NCBI GenBank assembly: GCA_965649825.1
Contig: OZ287695.1
Span: 1,407,081 to 1,471,080 of the forward strand
Length of the DNA: 64,000 nt
DNA from: Penicillus capitatus
Lineage: Eukaryota > Plantae > Chlorophyta
Reading direction: 5' to 3'
The stretch's first letter is position 1; each line of letters opens with the position of its first letter. A program made the position numbers and the translations under genes. The notes under the pieces were generated by a model that was not told where the DNA came from, searched no databases, and saw nothing but the letters and a program-made list of their open reading frames with translations. This document shows positions 63,101 to 64,000 of the stretch, one piece after another.

Positions 63101-63842
63101 CAGATCGTCAATTGCACAACACCGGCAAACTACTTCCACGTTCTACGTCGTCAGGTTGCCGATCCCCCTCTCACGAGTGGCATTTACACTAGCAGTCGGT
63201 GTTTAGATCCACCGTGAATTTCGGAAGCCGTTGGTTGTCTTTGCTCCCAAGAACCTTTTGCGGCATCCTGCATGCAAGTCGTATCTGTGGGAATTCGATG
63301 ACATCCCAGATGACGAGGGCGTCCGAGGCGTGCGTTTCAAGAGGTTGATCATGGATGACAAGGGAATCCTTCCCAAACTGCGTGGACCTAATCCACCTGC
63401 CGAACCAGAGTTCAAGAGGGTTATCTTCTGCAGCGGCAAAGTCTTCTTTGACCTTCATGCCAGACGCGAAGAACTCAAGAGGGATGACATTGCCCTTGTC
63501 CGCATCGAACAAGTGCATCGTTTCTGCATCTCCTTATGGTATACTGACGATCTTTTTCCTTGTCAGCTGGCGCCGTTTCCTTTTGATTTGGTCTGTCGTG
63601 AACTTCGCCGATACCCCAATGCCGAGATTCTTTGGTGTCAGGAAGAGCCGGCAAACATGGGAGCCTATCGTCACTTCGAGCCGCGGATGTTCGCATGTCT
63701 GCGGAATGAAGGGCGCGAAGTAACACCGCCGCTTAAGTATGCCGGGAGACGTGTGGCCTCCAGCCCTGCAACTGGCTTCAAGAAAGTGCACGTGCAGCAG
63801 CAGACCGAACTTGTCGACAAGGCGTTAGATCTAGACTTCTAG
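60149..63842 (+). CDS. OGDH: Mitochondrial 2-oxoglutarate dehydrogenase E1, spliced
   Basis: Presequence; [37 protein letters not shown] (ThDP motif), [53 protein letters not shown]. Confidence 0.97.
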
Positions 63843-64000
63843 CCTCCTGAGCATGTGTTGGTAATTGAATTGCAGAAACAGCATCTATGTATTCGTTGGA
63901 TCGTCATGCACAATGGTGTATTGAAGATGACCTCTGAACCAATGATTTGCTGTTCTCTCGAGTGAGAGCTGATTGCAGTTGTCAGTTTTATTTCTCCAAA

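Overview
This is eukaryotic nuclear DNA from a very compact, intron-rich genome (~50% GC). About 30 spliced protein-coding genes are packed with spacers of roughly 0-350 bp. Introns are tiny (about 42-66 nt) with degenerate GT, and sometimes GC, donors. Three lines of evidence point to a chlorophyte green alga (inference): green-lineage plastid genes (Y3IP1, LTD, FtsZ1, a CBS protein), TGTAA poly(A)-like signals downstream of many stops, and use of TAA, TAG and TGA as stops (standard code). A crescerin/TOGARAM-like gene suggests a flagellated stage. Recognisable genes: Y3IP1, GPC1, G6PD, ATP10, SDH4, LTD, KAE1/OSGEP, PP2C, CCDC124, FtsZ1, a RING E3, RPS17, DUF1640, CBS, AMSH, RED/IK, NHP2, importin-7/SAD2, COG5, PRCP, MED10, COQ2, ZW10, TOGARAM, an AMT1-type MT-A70 adenine methyltransferase, ALG8, PAS1, a KEG-like kinase and OGDH E1. 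I found no rRNA, tRNA or CRISPR array. The most notable observations are: (i) an intronless AMT1-clade DNA 6mA methyltransferase in a window with a strong 5'-to-3' CpG gradient inside genes and about 4-fold excess of CGATCG; (ii) an AT-rich ~1.1-kb island holding a cleanly spliced 66-aa mini-gene, a 74-bp tandem duplication and a hairpin+CTAG end; (iii) two intronless paralogous Cys-rich type-I membrane proteins; (iv) extreme gene packing, with overlapping CDS ends, poly(A) signals inside neighbouring CDSs and 5-43 nt tandem spacers. All family assignments come from motif recall and exon structures were inferred by eye; no database search was run.
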